Shown piece after piece: positions 12,325 through 26,016 of a DNA stretch of 64,000 nt. A program made the translations under genes and the position numbers. The first letter of the stretch is position 1. Each line of letters starts with the position of its first letter. This DNA comes from Podarcis cretensis (taxonomy: Eukaryota): the NCBI GenBank assembly GCA_951804945.1, contig OX638158.1:34658001-34722000 (forward strand), written 5' to 3'. The notes below the pieces were generated by a model. That model had not been told where the DNA came from and searched no databases. It saw only the letters and a list, made by a program, of their open reading frames with translations.

Positions 12325-15300
12325 GGCAAACAACCCACTTTTTATTTGAATATAGTAGAAGATGCTAAGTGATATAGCAACATGCAATTCAAGAATTTTA
12401 CTTGGAAAGCTTCCCTGTTCCTTCCTCAGCTGTGGTGAATAAAAGGAGAAATAAAAACCTCTTTCTCACAAAGATCCAAATTCTGTGAATTTCCAAGAAC
12501 TATGGCAGAAATTTATAGGGGAAAGCTAAATATTACAAAAGAGCATTTTAAACTATAGTCTCAATTTTCACATGAACAAAATATTATTCAAAGCATCTTT
12601 TAAAGAATTGCATGCTCTTGTTGAGGCTGTCAGCAGCTTGGAACTGGCACAAAACCCCAATCTTGAAGCATTAATCTAAAGACACTGAGCTTCAACTGGT
12701 GTGTCGGGAGACACCAGTAACTTGTGGCCCGATCCGAGGTAGGTTGCAACAGAAGCACGACCATTATGCAAATATATGGCAAGAAATTAAGTAATGGATG
12801 CCAAAATGCATGTTTGAGTTAAAAGTAGATCCTGGGTTTGAAAGGGTTGAAGATAGCTGATCTAAGATATTAGACTCATATTTATCTCACAGGTAGCAAT
12901 TCTCTGCTTTTCCACCACTAGATGGAGATGAAAACCCATACATGAGGTGATACATTATGACATACCGAAATCCAGCAGACTGGAGCAGTCTAGTTCAAAT
13001 AAATTCTAACACAGATTCATAGGAGAATGGACTTTAGTAAACCCTTCTCTAGCACACATTCAGGACTTCTGAATACATGACAAACTATCAAACTCTCTCT
13101 GCTTCGAAGCTCTTCACTGTCAGACGCTTTATACCAAAGCCAGATGGTGGGACACAGTAATCCTGCAACACCTAAGACTTAATTCTAAGAAACAGCAAAT
13201 TAGGTGGCTAATCTGTGTCTCAACTGTACATTTCAGACAGCAGATATAAGCTTGCTGAAACAATTGCTCCTCCATGCAAAAAAGTCTCTGCACACAAAAC
13301 TAGGTGCCAGAGAAATGGGCTCTAAGTCAGCCTTCTCCCCAAAAGGCATATGAATTTTCCATGGGGGAATCTTACCTCCCCCCCCCACCCCCATCATGCA
13401 CAATCAGAGATAATGAAGGACAGACACAGGTTTATCACAATCCATCACCAACATTTATACTCCATCCAAAGCCAGCTAAACGTATGAAGGGGACCTAGGG
13501 GAAGTGGCTATAGTGTCCCCTGCAATGGCCCATACCCTTGATGGACTTATTGACAGGGATGTCCAGAGTTGCAGCAGAGGCATCAACAGCAGTGGTGGCT
13601 CAGAGAGGAGAACCAGGTATGCAGTGTGAAGCTGTTATTGTGCATTTCTCTACGACCCCAATGTAGTATTGCTCCAGAGAGCTGCTATATGGGACACAAA
13701 ACAGACAGCTCATTTGTTCTTCTAGACTGCTAGGCACTCCACCAGAGCAAGCAAATCTTTAAAGGGTCCCTATACAGCCCAGGTGGGCCATTTAAGCATT
13801 CCTCTCCCTCCATTCCGCTCAGTGGTGAGAGGAGTTATGAACAACTGCGATAAGTCAGGAAGCTGTCTGTTTAATCCCTTCCCAAAGTCCCTGACATAGC
13901 ATCACTGGGAATCAACACAGTATCAGGGGCACGGGAAAGCAATTAAACTGGCTCCTTTGCTGCAACTGCTCAGAGCTCCTTAGCACTGAAAAGCAAAGGA
14001 TGAGTGGAATTATGAGTCTGCTTAGTTAAGAACTTTTCCTTGCTGCTTGGTGCAGATAGAAGTAGAGTGACTGCAGAGAGCGCTGAAGTCTATTTTAATT
14101 CCTCACCCATTTTCCTGTTATGGCATTATTCTGAAGCAATACTACTTTGAGAGCCCTGACAGTATATAGCCATTGCTCCAGCTCCTCAGCAGTGCAGAAT
14201 GGCAAAACGGAATAACTCTGCCCAGCCCAGAGCAGCAGTGGACTCAGCTGGGGCCCTTTGGGCTCCAACATCTGACTGACCACATCATGTGCTGATGCCA
14301 GGCCCAACTTTCTATAAAATATTCAAGGCACTTAACCATCTCATCTGCTATCTGAAGTCTATAATTCACCTGTGCAGTGTAATGCCAGAGGGAATATAGA
14401 AGTCTTTTTAAAAAATAAAATGAAAAAAATATATGCTAAAGGGGCTGTGATCTCGTGGTCTACCTGCAGTAAGTTAGAATGTGTACACCGCTCAATAAGC
14501 CTTAGCTTATTTTAAGATTCAGCTGTAAAGTATTCCTCCAAGTTAAAATGATTATCGTCATCTCTTAAAGCATCTATTTTTATCTTGTGAATCACACTGA
14601 GGTCCTTTGATGAAAGACGGTATATAAATCTAATAAAGAATAATAAAATAAAAATAACCCAAGAGCTTTGGAAAGGAGGCATCACAACAGAAGCTGTTAC
14701 TACTGGTGGAAGTTAACACTAGTTAGCAATGCCTTATTCAAACTGACTTCTGTAAAAATGAGAAATATAGGAGTACACCGGTCTGGCACACAGTGAAAAG
14801 ACCGAAAGGGTTCTGGTTCATTCACACTCCCTATGCATACTACCTCTGATGGCTCTAGATTCACCACGTAAACTGGCCAGCTGCCAATTTCTGCAGAGGC
14901 TAAAATTTTCATTTCACTCATGGCCAGCGTTATGCTTCGTTCCACACTTTTTGACAATGCACATGTAACTTTTCCAGTTGTTTAAGCATAGTCAATTGGT
15001 ATGAATAGGGTAAGAGATCATGCTCTCCTTTGTCTCCTACCTTCTGGAGGATGACTGAGCCTCACCTTTTATTGCTGCTGAGTAAGTATTCCTGCAAAGA
15101 GGGGAATGCAGCTCATGATAAGTGATTCTAGGAACAGTTCTTTTGTTTAGCCATGGTTAAACCATCAGGAACATCATGTGTCCATAGGCTTCTACTCTCA
15201 ACTAGTTTTCTCCTCTAGAGCTTAAGTTCTACTGAATTTTACAATGCTTGCTCTGTGCACTGAGTAGTTTCAGTTAAAAACATTCCAGAAACAATTACAT

Positions 15301-15589
15301 TTCAAACACTCTTCCACCCAATGATCCTGGGGTTAGATGGTGTTTAACACCTGATGTCTTCACCCTACAGACCAGGGCTGACTATTCCGCCAAGAACATA
15401 CCATTATTAAACATACCAAGAACACATCATACCATTAAATATGGTACATACCATACTGTACATGGAAACTCCTTTGATAATAAGCAGGTTTTGTAGGACT
15501 AAGACTATGAACCAATGAACGGGAAGTGACTGGTCCAAAGGAAAGGAAAATCTAGTATGACGCCCTGTATTCTGCCATGCCCAGGGAGA

Positions 15590-15740
15590 GCCAGGGGCCG
15601 TAGTATAGGACTTGCTTTGCATGCAGAAGATTCAATCCCCAACATCTCAAGGAACTCAGACTGCAGAGCTGAGAAAGCACTGCCCTGGAGAGATGCTGCT
15701 GCTAATACTGAATGAGATAAACCAGCAGTATAGAGCAAAG
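15590..15740 (+). mobile_element. Degenerate tRNA-derived SINE (same family as 46578-46762)
   Basis: gggccgtag...tgctttgcatgcagaaga-ttcaatcccc...ccctggagagatgctgc...aatactgaa. Confidence 0.55.
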
Positions 15741-15940
15741 TGGTAAGCTCACACAGAGAAAAGGGTTTAATACTCAGCAGGTTCTGGTTTTTGCATCTGG
15801 GAGAGCTTTAAAGTTTTTTTTCTGGAATAACTGAATAATTTAAAAATATTTCCCTTCAATATTACTATTTCAATGACAACTAATGCATCAACATAGGAAA
15901 AACGGACAAGGCACCGGCAGTCCAGCACTGGCGGTTTGTG

Positions 15941-15986
15941 CAATCTTTTCAAACAAAACAAAACAATCTTTTCAAACAAAACAAAA
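15941..15986. repeat. Exact 23-bp tandem duplication (caatcttttcaaacaaaacaaaa x2)
   Basis: Read directly from the sequence. Confidence 0.9.
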
Positions 15987-18372
15987 AATGTATCTTAGCA
16001 ATATAAATCCCCTCAGCAGATATGAAGACAAAGGAGACTTTTAATGTAAAGTACATTTGTACTAAATTCCGAAAGCTGCTCCACAAGTTACATTGTAGAA
16101 AACACAGCACTTGTTTTCTGCTGCTATGTACGTGTAGCAAGCAGCCATCACCATTTTTGGATAGCTATTCTGCATTTCATGGCTCTTTTTGAAGTGTTTT
16201 GCCCTTCAATTCTCATGGTAAATGTAGACATTTAATTCTGGGACCTGTTCCCAGGTAGTCTTTGAGCTTTATATTTGGTAATAACTTCATTAGATAACAA
16301 AAACATTTTGACATCTAAAATGATAAAAAATACAATTCAATTCTGTAAGTTACTCTACAGTGTAACATAGCTAAACAGTCCAATACTGCTTACCTGTGTC
16401 GCCTTTCACTTTAAACTAGGATGAATAAAACACAACATGATGCTGGCTTACAGGAAGATATCCCAATAGGTAAGAGCGTCACAATAAAAGCTTACATGGC
16501 TCCAGAACCAAACTCCTCCATGGTAGTATAGCAACCTGGATGTACTAACATAAGCAGACCTTTGAAATGGGGTTTGAGTTTAGTTTAGCAAAAGTGTAAA
16601 GTACATGCTCTAAATGTAGAAAGCCCCAAATCTGATATTCTAGCTCTCTACTTCAGAATGTGTCAGGCAGCTGGATAGTGGGACACTTCTCCAGCACCTT
16701 ACAGAGCAGGTCTACAACCTAGGTGCCCCTTAGAACTAACCTGACCATAGATGAATTCAGATGTACACTTCTGTTTCAGTGAGTGATGCACAAAATACTG
16801 TTAATTCTCTTAGACTCACATTTCAGCATCATTTTGAGTAAGATTATCAAATAAGGAAATCCTCCTTACTATATATTTCTCTATGAAACCGAGTCACACA
16901 AGTGAAACCCAGGAAAACCCCCTAAAACCCCCTAAGCATCATCAAGACAAAATAAAGATGCCATTTCATATTCATATAGAAAATGTCTTCACTTTTGAGC
17001 TTGAGCCAGCAATCATGCCATTGTGATTTTCCTTTGTTAGACTATCTCCTTATAAATCTTAATATCAGCAATGTTGACATCTAATAATATTGAAGTAGCT
17101 ATGAACTGTCAACTCATATGGAATTTGGTATTTATACAGCATAAGCAGCAGCTATTAACAAGGTCTGAAAAGATATGCCGGGAAAAGTGAAAAGGCCTTG
17201 AATGCAGATATCTTTATATACACATACTTTCCTGGGATTGGGCAGTCTGTCCAAAACGCAACTGTGGCCCATCAACTGCCCATCTCTAGTTTAGGATTTA
17301 GTTATACTGAAGTTCAAATGAGTAATCTGAGATACCGTTGTATATGTACAAGACTTGGAAACTATACAGGTTGCTTAATATAAAAAAGCAGCTTAGAGAA
17401 CAGGAAAAGCAAAGCATCTCACTTAAAAAACCCAAATGCACTGGAGCAGAAATAAATATTTTTTCATACCACAGTTTAGTTGCATCATCACAGTTACTCT
17501 GTAAACCAATGAACATACCCTTAAATATGTCATTCTGTTTTTATGTTGTGTTTTACATTTATTACGATTCAAACTGAAGAGTTTCAGAAAAGGGGAAGAG
17601 TTTTTTTTGGGGGGGGGGATTACATTCCCTGCAAATTCTAAATTAAGGTTGTGATCCAAGTCAAATATGGACAGGATACATACACACCCCAACTACATAT
17701 GTTGTGTGTTACAAATGCTGTTAGAGCATTTAAACTTTAAGTGTGTTTAGAAACAAGTTACGTGCTTCGGCATGAGAGCAACTGAAATAGGACCTTGGAG
17801 AAACGCTGAAGAGATCTTACAAATGCATCCCAACTTTGCAGAAATGGTTTTTAAGTAAAGCAAGGGGAGTACTTGAAAGGGAAACTTAGAAAGTAAGTCA
17901 ATTGTGCATGCAGCTCTGGATCATGACCGAAGCCTTCAGGGACTTGTAAATAAAGTGGCCTAAACACTACTGTGTGCTTAGTAACAATTATTAAGCCATT
18001 ATGTAGAGCAGCAGACCACTGCGCTCTGTAAGCAAAGATTGGAATCAAGATTCCGCTTTTCATATGGTCAGATAAACAGAACATGGACTATAAAGAATAG
18101 AACACAGAATTTTGCTTTTGCTTTTTTCACTATTGGGAGGTAATCAATTCCCATTTTTATACCTTACAGTTGATAGAAATAGAGCAGAGTAAAATGAGTG
18201 ATCTCTCCATTAACATCTCTATGTGCTGGTAACTAGATTTACTAGCTAGTTCTATTCTAAAGCTCTGCTGTAATATTTTAATTTTTAAGCATTGCTCTTG
18301 ATCTGCAATGCCCCCAAAGTGACAGGACTTTCTTGACAGGTACTGCCACATTCATAAGATATGGACACATAC

Positions 18373-18391
18373 CACGAAATAAATCAACATT
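18373..18391 (-). other. CNOT4: Candidate stop-containing CNOT4 exon (19-nt micro-exon, or start of an alternative last exon)
   Basis: Branch-like ctcac plus tttcctgttttctcccacAG|AATGTTGATTTATTTCGTG|GTATGT. Spliced to the upstream phase-1 donor it reads GCA GAA TGT TGA (A-E-C-stop). Confidence 0.45.
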
Positions 18392-20114
18392 CTGTGGGAG
18401 AAAACAGGAAAGTCGTGAGAATAAAAGATCCTCACTGATTGCCCTCTTGTGGGTTAGCTATCTGTTTGAACACAGTAATTTCCCTAACAGCAATAATTAA
18501 ATTAAATGTTTGCTAAGTATACTGGCAATAGAGAAATGGTAGAAACAGACAAGAGTGAGCATGACAAGGTATCAACACAAAAGGTCATAAAATGAACAAG
18601 TATGATGGTGATGATCCTCATGAACTGTCATACTAGAGATAAAACTATGTGCTTAGGGAAGCCCTCTTCTTGTTCAGCTCAGAATTTTAATGCTTTAATA
18701 TGACTTAGACTCTTTGAACACAATAATCTAATTTTCACTTTTATTTTAGTTTGGCAGAAATGATGATAGTGAGAAGATACAGAAAATGGGAAATAAAATC
18801 TATTTATGTAAGAACTTGTGCCTCATCTTCACTGGAGTTCTTTCCTTCTCCCTACCTACTTGGTCCCTCAATGGAAATGAAATCAAGAAAGCCTGCTGGA
18901 GTATCTAATATTTGCAATAAATTCAGATCCTAAGCATATGTTAAAGATGCAAATGCAAACCATGGCAATGTGAATCACCTTAAAGTCTTTGAATAGAATA
19001 ATCTTGTGTTAACTTAACAGGAAAGGAACTAATTAACAGAGATAAATAGTCTAATGTAAAATGAATGCAAGGTCCAGCACATATACTTTACTGGACAATA
19101 CATGACAGACCCAGCTCACCTTTGGAGGTCCAAACGATATGCCACCATCCCCTCTATTACTAGAGGTCATGACATATAATGGCTTTGTGTCTATAACCTG
19201 CTGCAATGTCTTCTGCAAACATCCAACCCTGCACATATGTAGCTTACACTGAGGTTGGAACATGACCACCAGGCTATTAACAGATGTTAACTAGGAAGGC
19301 TTCCAATCAAGCGTCAGAACTCAGAACAGAAGCTTGAAAAATATGAAAAACAAAATGTCTCTAGTGGACATTGCTGAGTTTCAGTCACTGGAAACCAAGT
19401 TCATTTCTAATCTGTTAATATGCAAGCTATTCCATTGAAGGTCCCTGAAGTGTAGTAAAGCAAGCTCACAATGACACAAGAGTTACACATTGATACCAAA
19501 TACATGGGCCAGTTGCTCTGACATCTAAAAAGTGCTCAACACATTCCCTCCTTGTCCTTTTGTGTTGTATCATTCGGATTGTAAGCCTGTGGGCAGCAAA
19601 TGCCTTGCTTGTTACTCTGGGAGCTTTTACGGCTGAAGAGCGGGGTACAAATGTGTTATACATATGAATATTTAAAAAAACAGGTAGAACTATAAAACTC
19701 TATTTACATATATATACATAATACAAACTGACAAAACAAAATACCCAATACTTCCTTTAGTCATTCCTTTGGAAGAAAAGCTGCACTCAAGAACAACAAG
19801 GAAGTCACATCATATTCTACATGAGGAGCTCCATAGGGGTGAGTTGCAAGACTGATGCCATTTAATTATCTTCTGAAGCGGTCCACACATTTCACAAAAG
19901 TCAATGATGATACAACACTGGAAGAGCCTAGAAACATAATGGGCTAATTTTCTGGGAAGGTGGTGCCAAAGGCTGTGGGCAGAGCAACTCCCAAGTATTC
20001 CTGAATGATACTGATTATCTGGATTCACTTCAATCAGTGTCCCCTGCTTCTAAAACTGAATTGTCCTGATTTATGGTCTTTATCAAGAGAAGGACAAGGA
20101 AGTGTGACCCTTAT

Positions 20115-21045
20115 TACTCTAACTAGATCTCTCCATGGCTTTTGACACCATTGAGCAGGATGAGTATCAAAAGGCATTGTATTACAATGGTTTCGTTCCT
20201 ACCTGCATGGTCAAATCCAGAAATGAGCTGGGGACTGGGGGGAGAGTGACTTGGCCTCCTAGCACTTATGCGATAGGATTCCACCAGGCACTGCTTTGTC
20301 CCTGGAGGGCAGGGTTTGCATTCCCTTTGATGGAGCAGGCACACAGATTGGAGGTACAGCTGAATACATCTTTGTCAACCAAAGTCTAAGATTCCTTTTT
20401 TGCTTGGAGGGCTTTTTACCAGCTTCACCTGCTCAACTACAGCCATATCTGAATGGGGATAACCTGGCCATCATAGACCATGCACTCAAGACTAGATTGC
20501 TGAAATGCACTCTATGTGGGGCCACCCTTGGGATTGATCCAGAAGCTCCAGCTAGGGCAGAATACAGCACCTAAGATAGTTGATGTGAAGAGATGGTGGG
20601 CAAGGCTCAAGCCTCTTATATTAATATAGAAGGCCTTGAACAACTTGGATTCTGAGTACCTTAAAATATTGAAAGGGCTGCCTGAGTTCTTATATGCCAG
20701 TTTGATCATTGAGATCTGGAGGAGTGATGTTAGTTGTCCCCCATGTTTCAATAGCCCGACTGCTTTTGATGAGACGTTAGGCATCTAGTGCTGTTGGTCC
20801 CCTACTAGAGAATTCTCTTCCAGCAGATGTGGCAGGAATCCTCACTTCTAAGTTTCAGACATCCTCTTGAAGATTTTTATGTGTTGCCAGTCCTATTCAA
20901 TGGTTTACACTTTTACGATGAGGCAGTCATTTTTACAATTATTCTGTATTGCTGTTTATTGTATTTTATCTCTTTTGTAGATCCTGCTGTACACCACACT
21001 GAAATTTTGCATGTGAGTGGTATATAAATATTTTTAATAAATAAA
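20115..21045 (+). mobile_element. Decayed L2/CR1-clade LINE fragment with 3' end
   Basis: RT remnant LDLSMAFDT (ctagatctctccatggcttttgacacc), L2-like downstream remnants, T-rich 3'UTR and A-rich tail. Boundaries approximate. Confidence 0.6.
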
Positions 21046-24000
21046 ATTAATATGTAATGTAACAACATTGAGAGTTCACTAGCATATACTATGCAACTTG
21101 CCAACATAAAATTCAACAGCAAATTCAAAAAAAATCTTTCTTTCTGCATATTGACCCTGAATTAGCAGGTAAAATCCCCACACTAATATAAAAAACCCTT
21201 GCAACTCCTAATTATATTATGACATAATTTAGATAACATATTCAGTGTATTTGGCCTTGTAATCAAGTTTAGCACTGGGAAATACTGTTCCTATGATTTA
21301 AAAAGCAGTCAATAATTACTAAAATATTTGTTAAACTATCTGAAGATAGCTTTCTCACATTGATGGCTAAGTCAGTGAAGCCTGATGTCCACCATTTGTA
21401 AATAAAAGATATAGTTTAGTTAAAAAAGTAAGTACCTCAAAGACCAATCTTAAAGCCAAGAAAGATTTTTCATCCAATAAGAAAGGTGCAAAATTCAGGA
21501 AAAGGTAAAAGAAAAAAACATTTCATGCATATTATGCCTCAGAAAGGTAGAAGCTCTGTCAGAGATGACATATTTAAGGACATCTGTCTTCTCCTAAAAT
21601 GGGGAGCATAAATGGAAAACTAATAGGCACATACATCATAACGCCATGACATTTCTTCAAGAGAGTCAAGGGGAAGGTTAATACAATATGCAGAAAGTTA
21701 AGCTATTGAAAGCTGCTAGAATGCTCATTAGAGACAATGATTTCAACAGCAAAATATCCATAACCTAGCAAGGAATGGTAACTAGTCACAACCTCCAAGT
21801 TGCCTTAGCAATTACTACACTTAATTGGAAATTCCAGGCTTTTCCTTTTTTGATAAACTTTTCACATGCACGCAGAAAGAGATGAATGCTTTTCAGCACA
21901 AGCTTTTTATCCCATACAACCAACTTGCCTGTCCCTGGTACAACTTACTGCAGAAGCTTTATATTTCATAATATTACTTGAATTGTTTTAGTCTTCTGGC
22001 ATCCATAAAGCAGCTATGACCACTACTACAATAAAGAGCTTCAAGGATCTATTTTTGAATCAAGGTTCTGAATAGCACAGGCTAAGAATCTAAGTAAGTA
22101 AAGTAGCAAACACTGTTTTCTGTAGGTTGTGTTCAGAGTTCCTAAAGAGTTTGTGTGGTGTAGTCAAAGCATTGCAGTAGGTTCAAATTCTTACTCATCT
22201 GTGAAGCTCACTGGACCAGTCTTTCTCAGCCCACAGAGGTGTTGCAAGGAAAAACATGGGAGTGAAAGAAACAAATTTTACAAGTAGCATAATGTTTACT
22301 AAATCAAAGGGGGAGGAAACATATTTCATTCAACTACACTACAACACTCTACTTCAGAATATACCACGTATTTAGAATGTGGTTTTGACTCATTGCTCTC
22401 AAACTTTTTTCTCAGGACCACAACTTTCAAAATAAAAATTTGCTCACGCCACATTGATTTTTTTTATTGATAAGAAATAAATTGGAGAACAAAAAGAAGC
22501 AACTCCTGGCAGTGCTTGATTTTGAAAAGGTATCTATCCATATTCTGCAAATAAATAAATAAATGACTGCAATGGTTAAGTGTTTCTTTGATTGCCCTTG
22601 AATCTTCCTACAACCCTTGCCATCTTCTCTGGCCACACCAGTGTAATGTGCCACACCCTTTGAGAACCACTGCTCTAGAGTTCTCTTCTACTGAAGAGAA
22701 GGAAATGGATTTTTCAGGCTAGGCCAGAGTTCAGAGACTTCACACATTCAAACATCATTTCCACACTAACACACCTGATTGTTAAGTTCAGTGATAGCCC
22801 CTTTTATCTAATGGAATATGAATGGGAGAGCCCTTAGCAGACATCTTTTCTGGGTCACATGGAGAATCTGAAATGCTTCTCTGCATGTTTTTATATCCTG
22901 ACATAATTACTAGTTTTTTCCATGTTCAAACTATATATCTAAGCCAGAGTCAAAGCTAAGACTAAAGTGCCAAAGAAATGCTTTTGTAACCAGAATGAAG
23001 AGACAGGTGTTGTGACCATGTTACAGATTTTATGATAAGCTGCAAATCCTCTGGATTCCCAAAATACTAACATAAGCAGTCACTATCAGTAAGAAATGGA
23101 TGGTTTATAAATGTTTTAAGTGAATCATAATGAGAATAGAAAAAAACAATAATTGTTACAGTAGCCAAGAAAAATAAAGCACAGGAAAACTAGTTTACAG
23201 AAATAAAAAGGTGCTATTACTGAACAATATTATCCACACTGTTTAAGATATGGTCTGTAAACCCAAAACATCCCAAGGAGAAGACCACTGCAAGTTAAGA
23301 TGGAAGGAACGGGTTACTTGAAGTTTGCTCTGAAATTCCAAAAGGTATTATCACGAAGCGATGCTTGCTATGCCATAAAGACTTATGTGTGTCAGCTACG
23401 AAGTGCACTCTTCCAGCAGGAAACAATAATGCCAGCTGGAGTGAAATGTTACAAAAATGAGGGGCAAGGGATTAAAGTGAATGGTATAGGTGTCAGATGG
23501 CTTCATATACGGGATCAAAAAGAATATTTTTTGCACAATTTTAAATTCACTGGCTCATCAATCTAAGATTTCAGATACAATTGAAGATACTAGAGTTCAA
23601 ATGGCAATGGAGAGAAAAGATATAGCTATTGCACTGGCAGCACACTGGTTGATAAATTCCCTCCCCAGTGAAGTTCATCTGGTGCCTACATTGTTGCTTT
23701 TCAGACATCTGGTTGGGGCATTTTTATACTCTCAGACATTTTAAATTATTAAAAAAAAAATATTTGAGTGAAAAGGAAACTGAATTTTACTGAGTTATCC
23801 ATTCTGCTGACTTTGGAAAGTGCAAGTACCCTGGGATAGATATTGTATGAAAGCAGTATACAATTACTTCAAAAAATAAATAAAAAATAGCTTTTTCCTG
23901 CCATATATGCCAAGCATCATGAACCGGGACTGAAGAATTCATTTTTAAAAAAGAGTTAAAATGTAATCTACTTATGCAATTAAGTATTCTATATATTTAA

Positions 24001-24289
24001 AATAAAGATCAACTCCACAGCATGATCAAGACTGTCAATGTAAATCATAAAATCACTTTTGAAATAAGGATGATTGGACATATGATACTCCACTTTCCTT
24101 ATAAAGCTCATTATAAGGCTAAATTCCAAGCTAAACATTTCATTTTCAAAATGCATAAAAACACATTTCCATCATGATAGTTACATTATCAATTCCAGTA
24201 CCAAATACCATCAACCCCTTCTCGCTACTCTGATTTAGAGAAGCTGAAGGCATGAACAAGGCTCACTGATGCTTTCTCAGCGCACTTAC

Positions 24290-24787
24290 CTGCTATAGGG
24301 ATCCCTCCTAGACCTGTGCTGTGTTGTGGTGGGAGGTTTAAGTCCAAGAAATTACTATTTGAAGGGGGATTTGCTGTGTGGTTCAAGTGCATGATGTTAT
24401 TGCGTGGGAAGGCCATCCAAGGATAGCGAGCGGCTTGGCCTGGAAAACTGAAGGAGTTGTAAACTGCTCGATGCTGTTGAAATTGCGGGAACCTCTGTGG
24501 CAAGACTGAAAATGTGCTATTGAGAGAGTTGGCATTTGCGGGCACAGCAGGATGCAGAAATCCAGAGCCTGACCCTTTGGCGGTTGTAGTGTGTGGGGAA
24601 GGGTTCTGGAGAGACGTGGGCGAGAGGGAGGGTTGGTCTTGGACCGACAGTTCCTTCTCGATCAGGTCTGCTAAGGCTTTGCGGGTGATATCAAAGGGAT
24701 CAAACCCCAAGTCATCTTCTTGCTGTTTGGAAGAACCAAATCCAAACGCCGCTTGCCAGTCTGTAGACGAGGATACTGGGATGGTTT
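24290..24787 (-). CDS. CNOT4: CNOT4 coding exon containing the CAF40/CNOT9-binding motif (DDLGFDPFDITRKALADLIEKEL)
   Basis: cccacAG|AA ... GCAG|GTAAGT, 498 nt, phase 1-1. Overlaps ORF 24225..24710. Confidence 0.97.
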
Positions 24788-24900
24788 CTGTGGGATTTAA
24801 AACAGGTTATTAAAGACAAAGTTGCATTTCCCCAACTTAATATGAGTTAAAATACTGACCGATTTCCCTTTCCAATAATTGGTTATTCTCATTCCTATGG

Positions 24901-25007
24901 CAGTTTTCCCCAGCCTGGTACTCTCCAGATGTTTTGGATTATAATTCCCATTGGTCTTTGGAGTTGTAGTCCAAAATATCTGGAGAGTAACAGGTTGGGA
25001 AATCCTC
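24901..25007. mobile_element. Degenerate palindromic hAT MITE (ggactacaactccca family)
   Basis: Inverted arms: ctctccagatgttttggattataattccca ... tgggagttgtagtccaaaatatctggagag. Confidence 0.7.
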
Positions 25008-25766
25008 TTTTAGGGGCAACTGGTTTTTAGATTAAAGCTCACAATATCCTTTATGTTCTAGTGGTGTACAGTTACCAAGAAAGCAACTTTCTTTATCTTT
25101 GCATTTTTCTTCCCTATAGTTCTAAACTGATCCTCTACTTGGGATTTTCACATTTCTGTCTCACCTGAAAAGCTGTTCCCGAAGGTAATAAGCTCCTTCA
25201 GAAAATTGAGGTGGAGGCTGTGTGGGCCTACTAGGGAAGTTGCTGAAAAATCTGGCAGAAGCACCTCATGGTTTTCAAGATCCAACCCTATGAATTTCCC
25301 ATCCACCTTCTGCAACACATTACAGTAGCACTTCTTCATCTTTTAAATGTAAGAAGCCACTCTTTCCACTGCATATATTCCTTGCTAGAGGCTAGATAAT
25401 TCAAGAGATATCCTACATGACGAAACTTGATTGAGAAGCACTGTTCAGTTACTAATGAAAATATCTCACTGCTTGTAATTTTAAGCAAAATGTTCTTATT
25501 GGTCTCATTGCTCATTAGCATCAATGACCATATGCATACAAGCACAAAGTATGATTTATGTAAGGTTTTCTTTATTTTGAATCTTTATTTTGAATCTACA
25601 TTTCCACCAGCTATGAAAAAAATAAAGCACTTTACAAAATAATAATTGTAACATATTCACAAGTTCTTTAAACTGTCAAGTTCATGCTAAACTATAAGTA
25701 AATGTAAGAGCCTGAAGATATTATTTCAAGCTACTGCATGCCTGGGTTGTCTAACTAATACTATAC

Positions 25767-26016
25767 CTGATGTGAAGAGGCTCTGTGGCTCTGGTGCCAT
25801 TGGCCAGTCATTTGAAGTCTGTGGGGAGCTGGGAAATGGAGGGAGTCCACTTGGAATAGGGTTGGGGTGCCGGAAGTTGTCCGAGAAGAGAGACTGTGAC
25901 TCTGTTATAGCCCCTTCAAAGGGAGACCGTGCACTGTGATTGGATGAACTGATGGGGATGACTGAATTGGATTTTGATAAGCCGGGTGGTGGTGAAGGTG
26001 TGTCACTATTTGATAT
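25767..26016 (-). CDS. CNOT4: CNOT4 coding exon (ISNSDTPSPPPGLSKS...DWPMAPEPQSLFTS)
   Basis: ttttAG|ATA ... TCAG|GTATAG, 250 nt, phase 0-1, open frame translated by hand. Confidence 0.96.

Noticed and set aside
24225-24289. Read-through of the CBM exon donor adding ~22 aa (GKCAEK...SKSE*)
   Set aside because: The donor CAG|GTAAGT is a perfect consensus and no nearby polyA signal was noticed; likely an ORF-caller extension.
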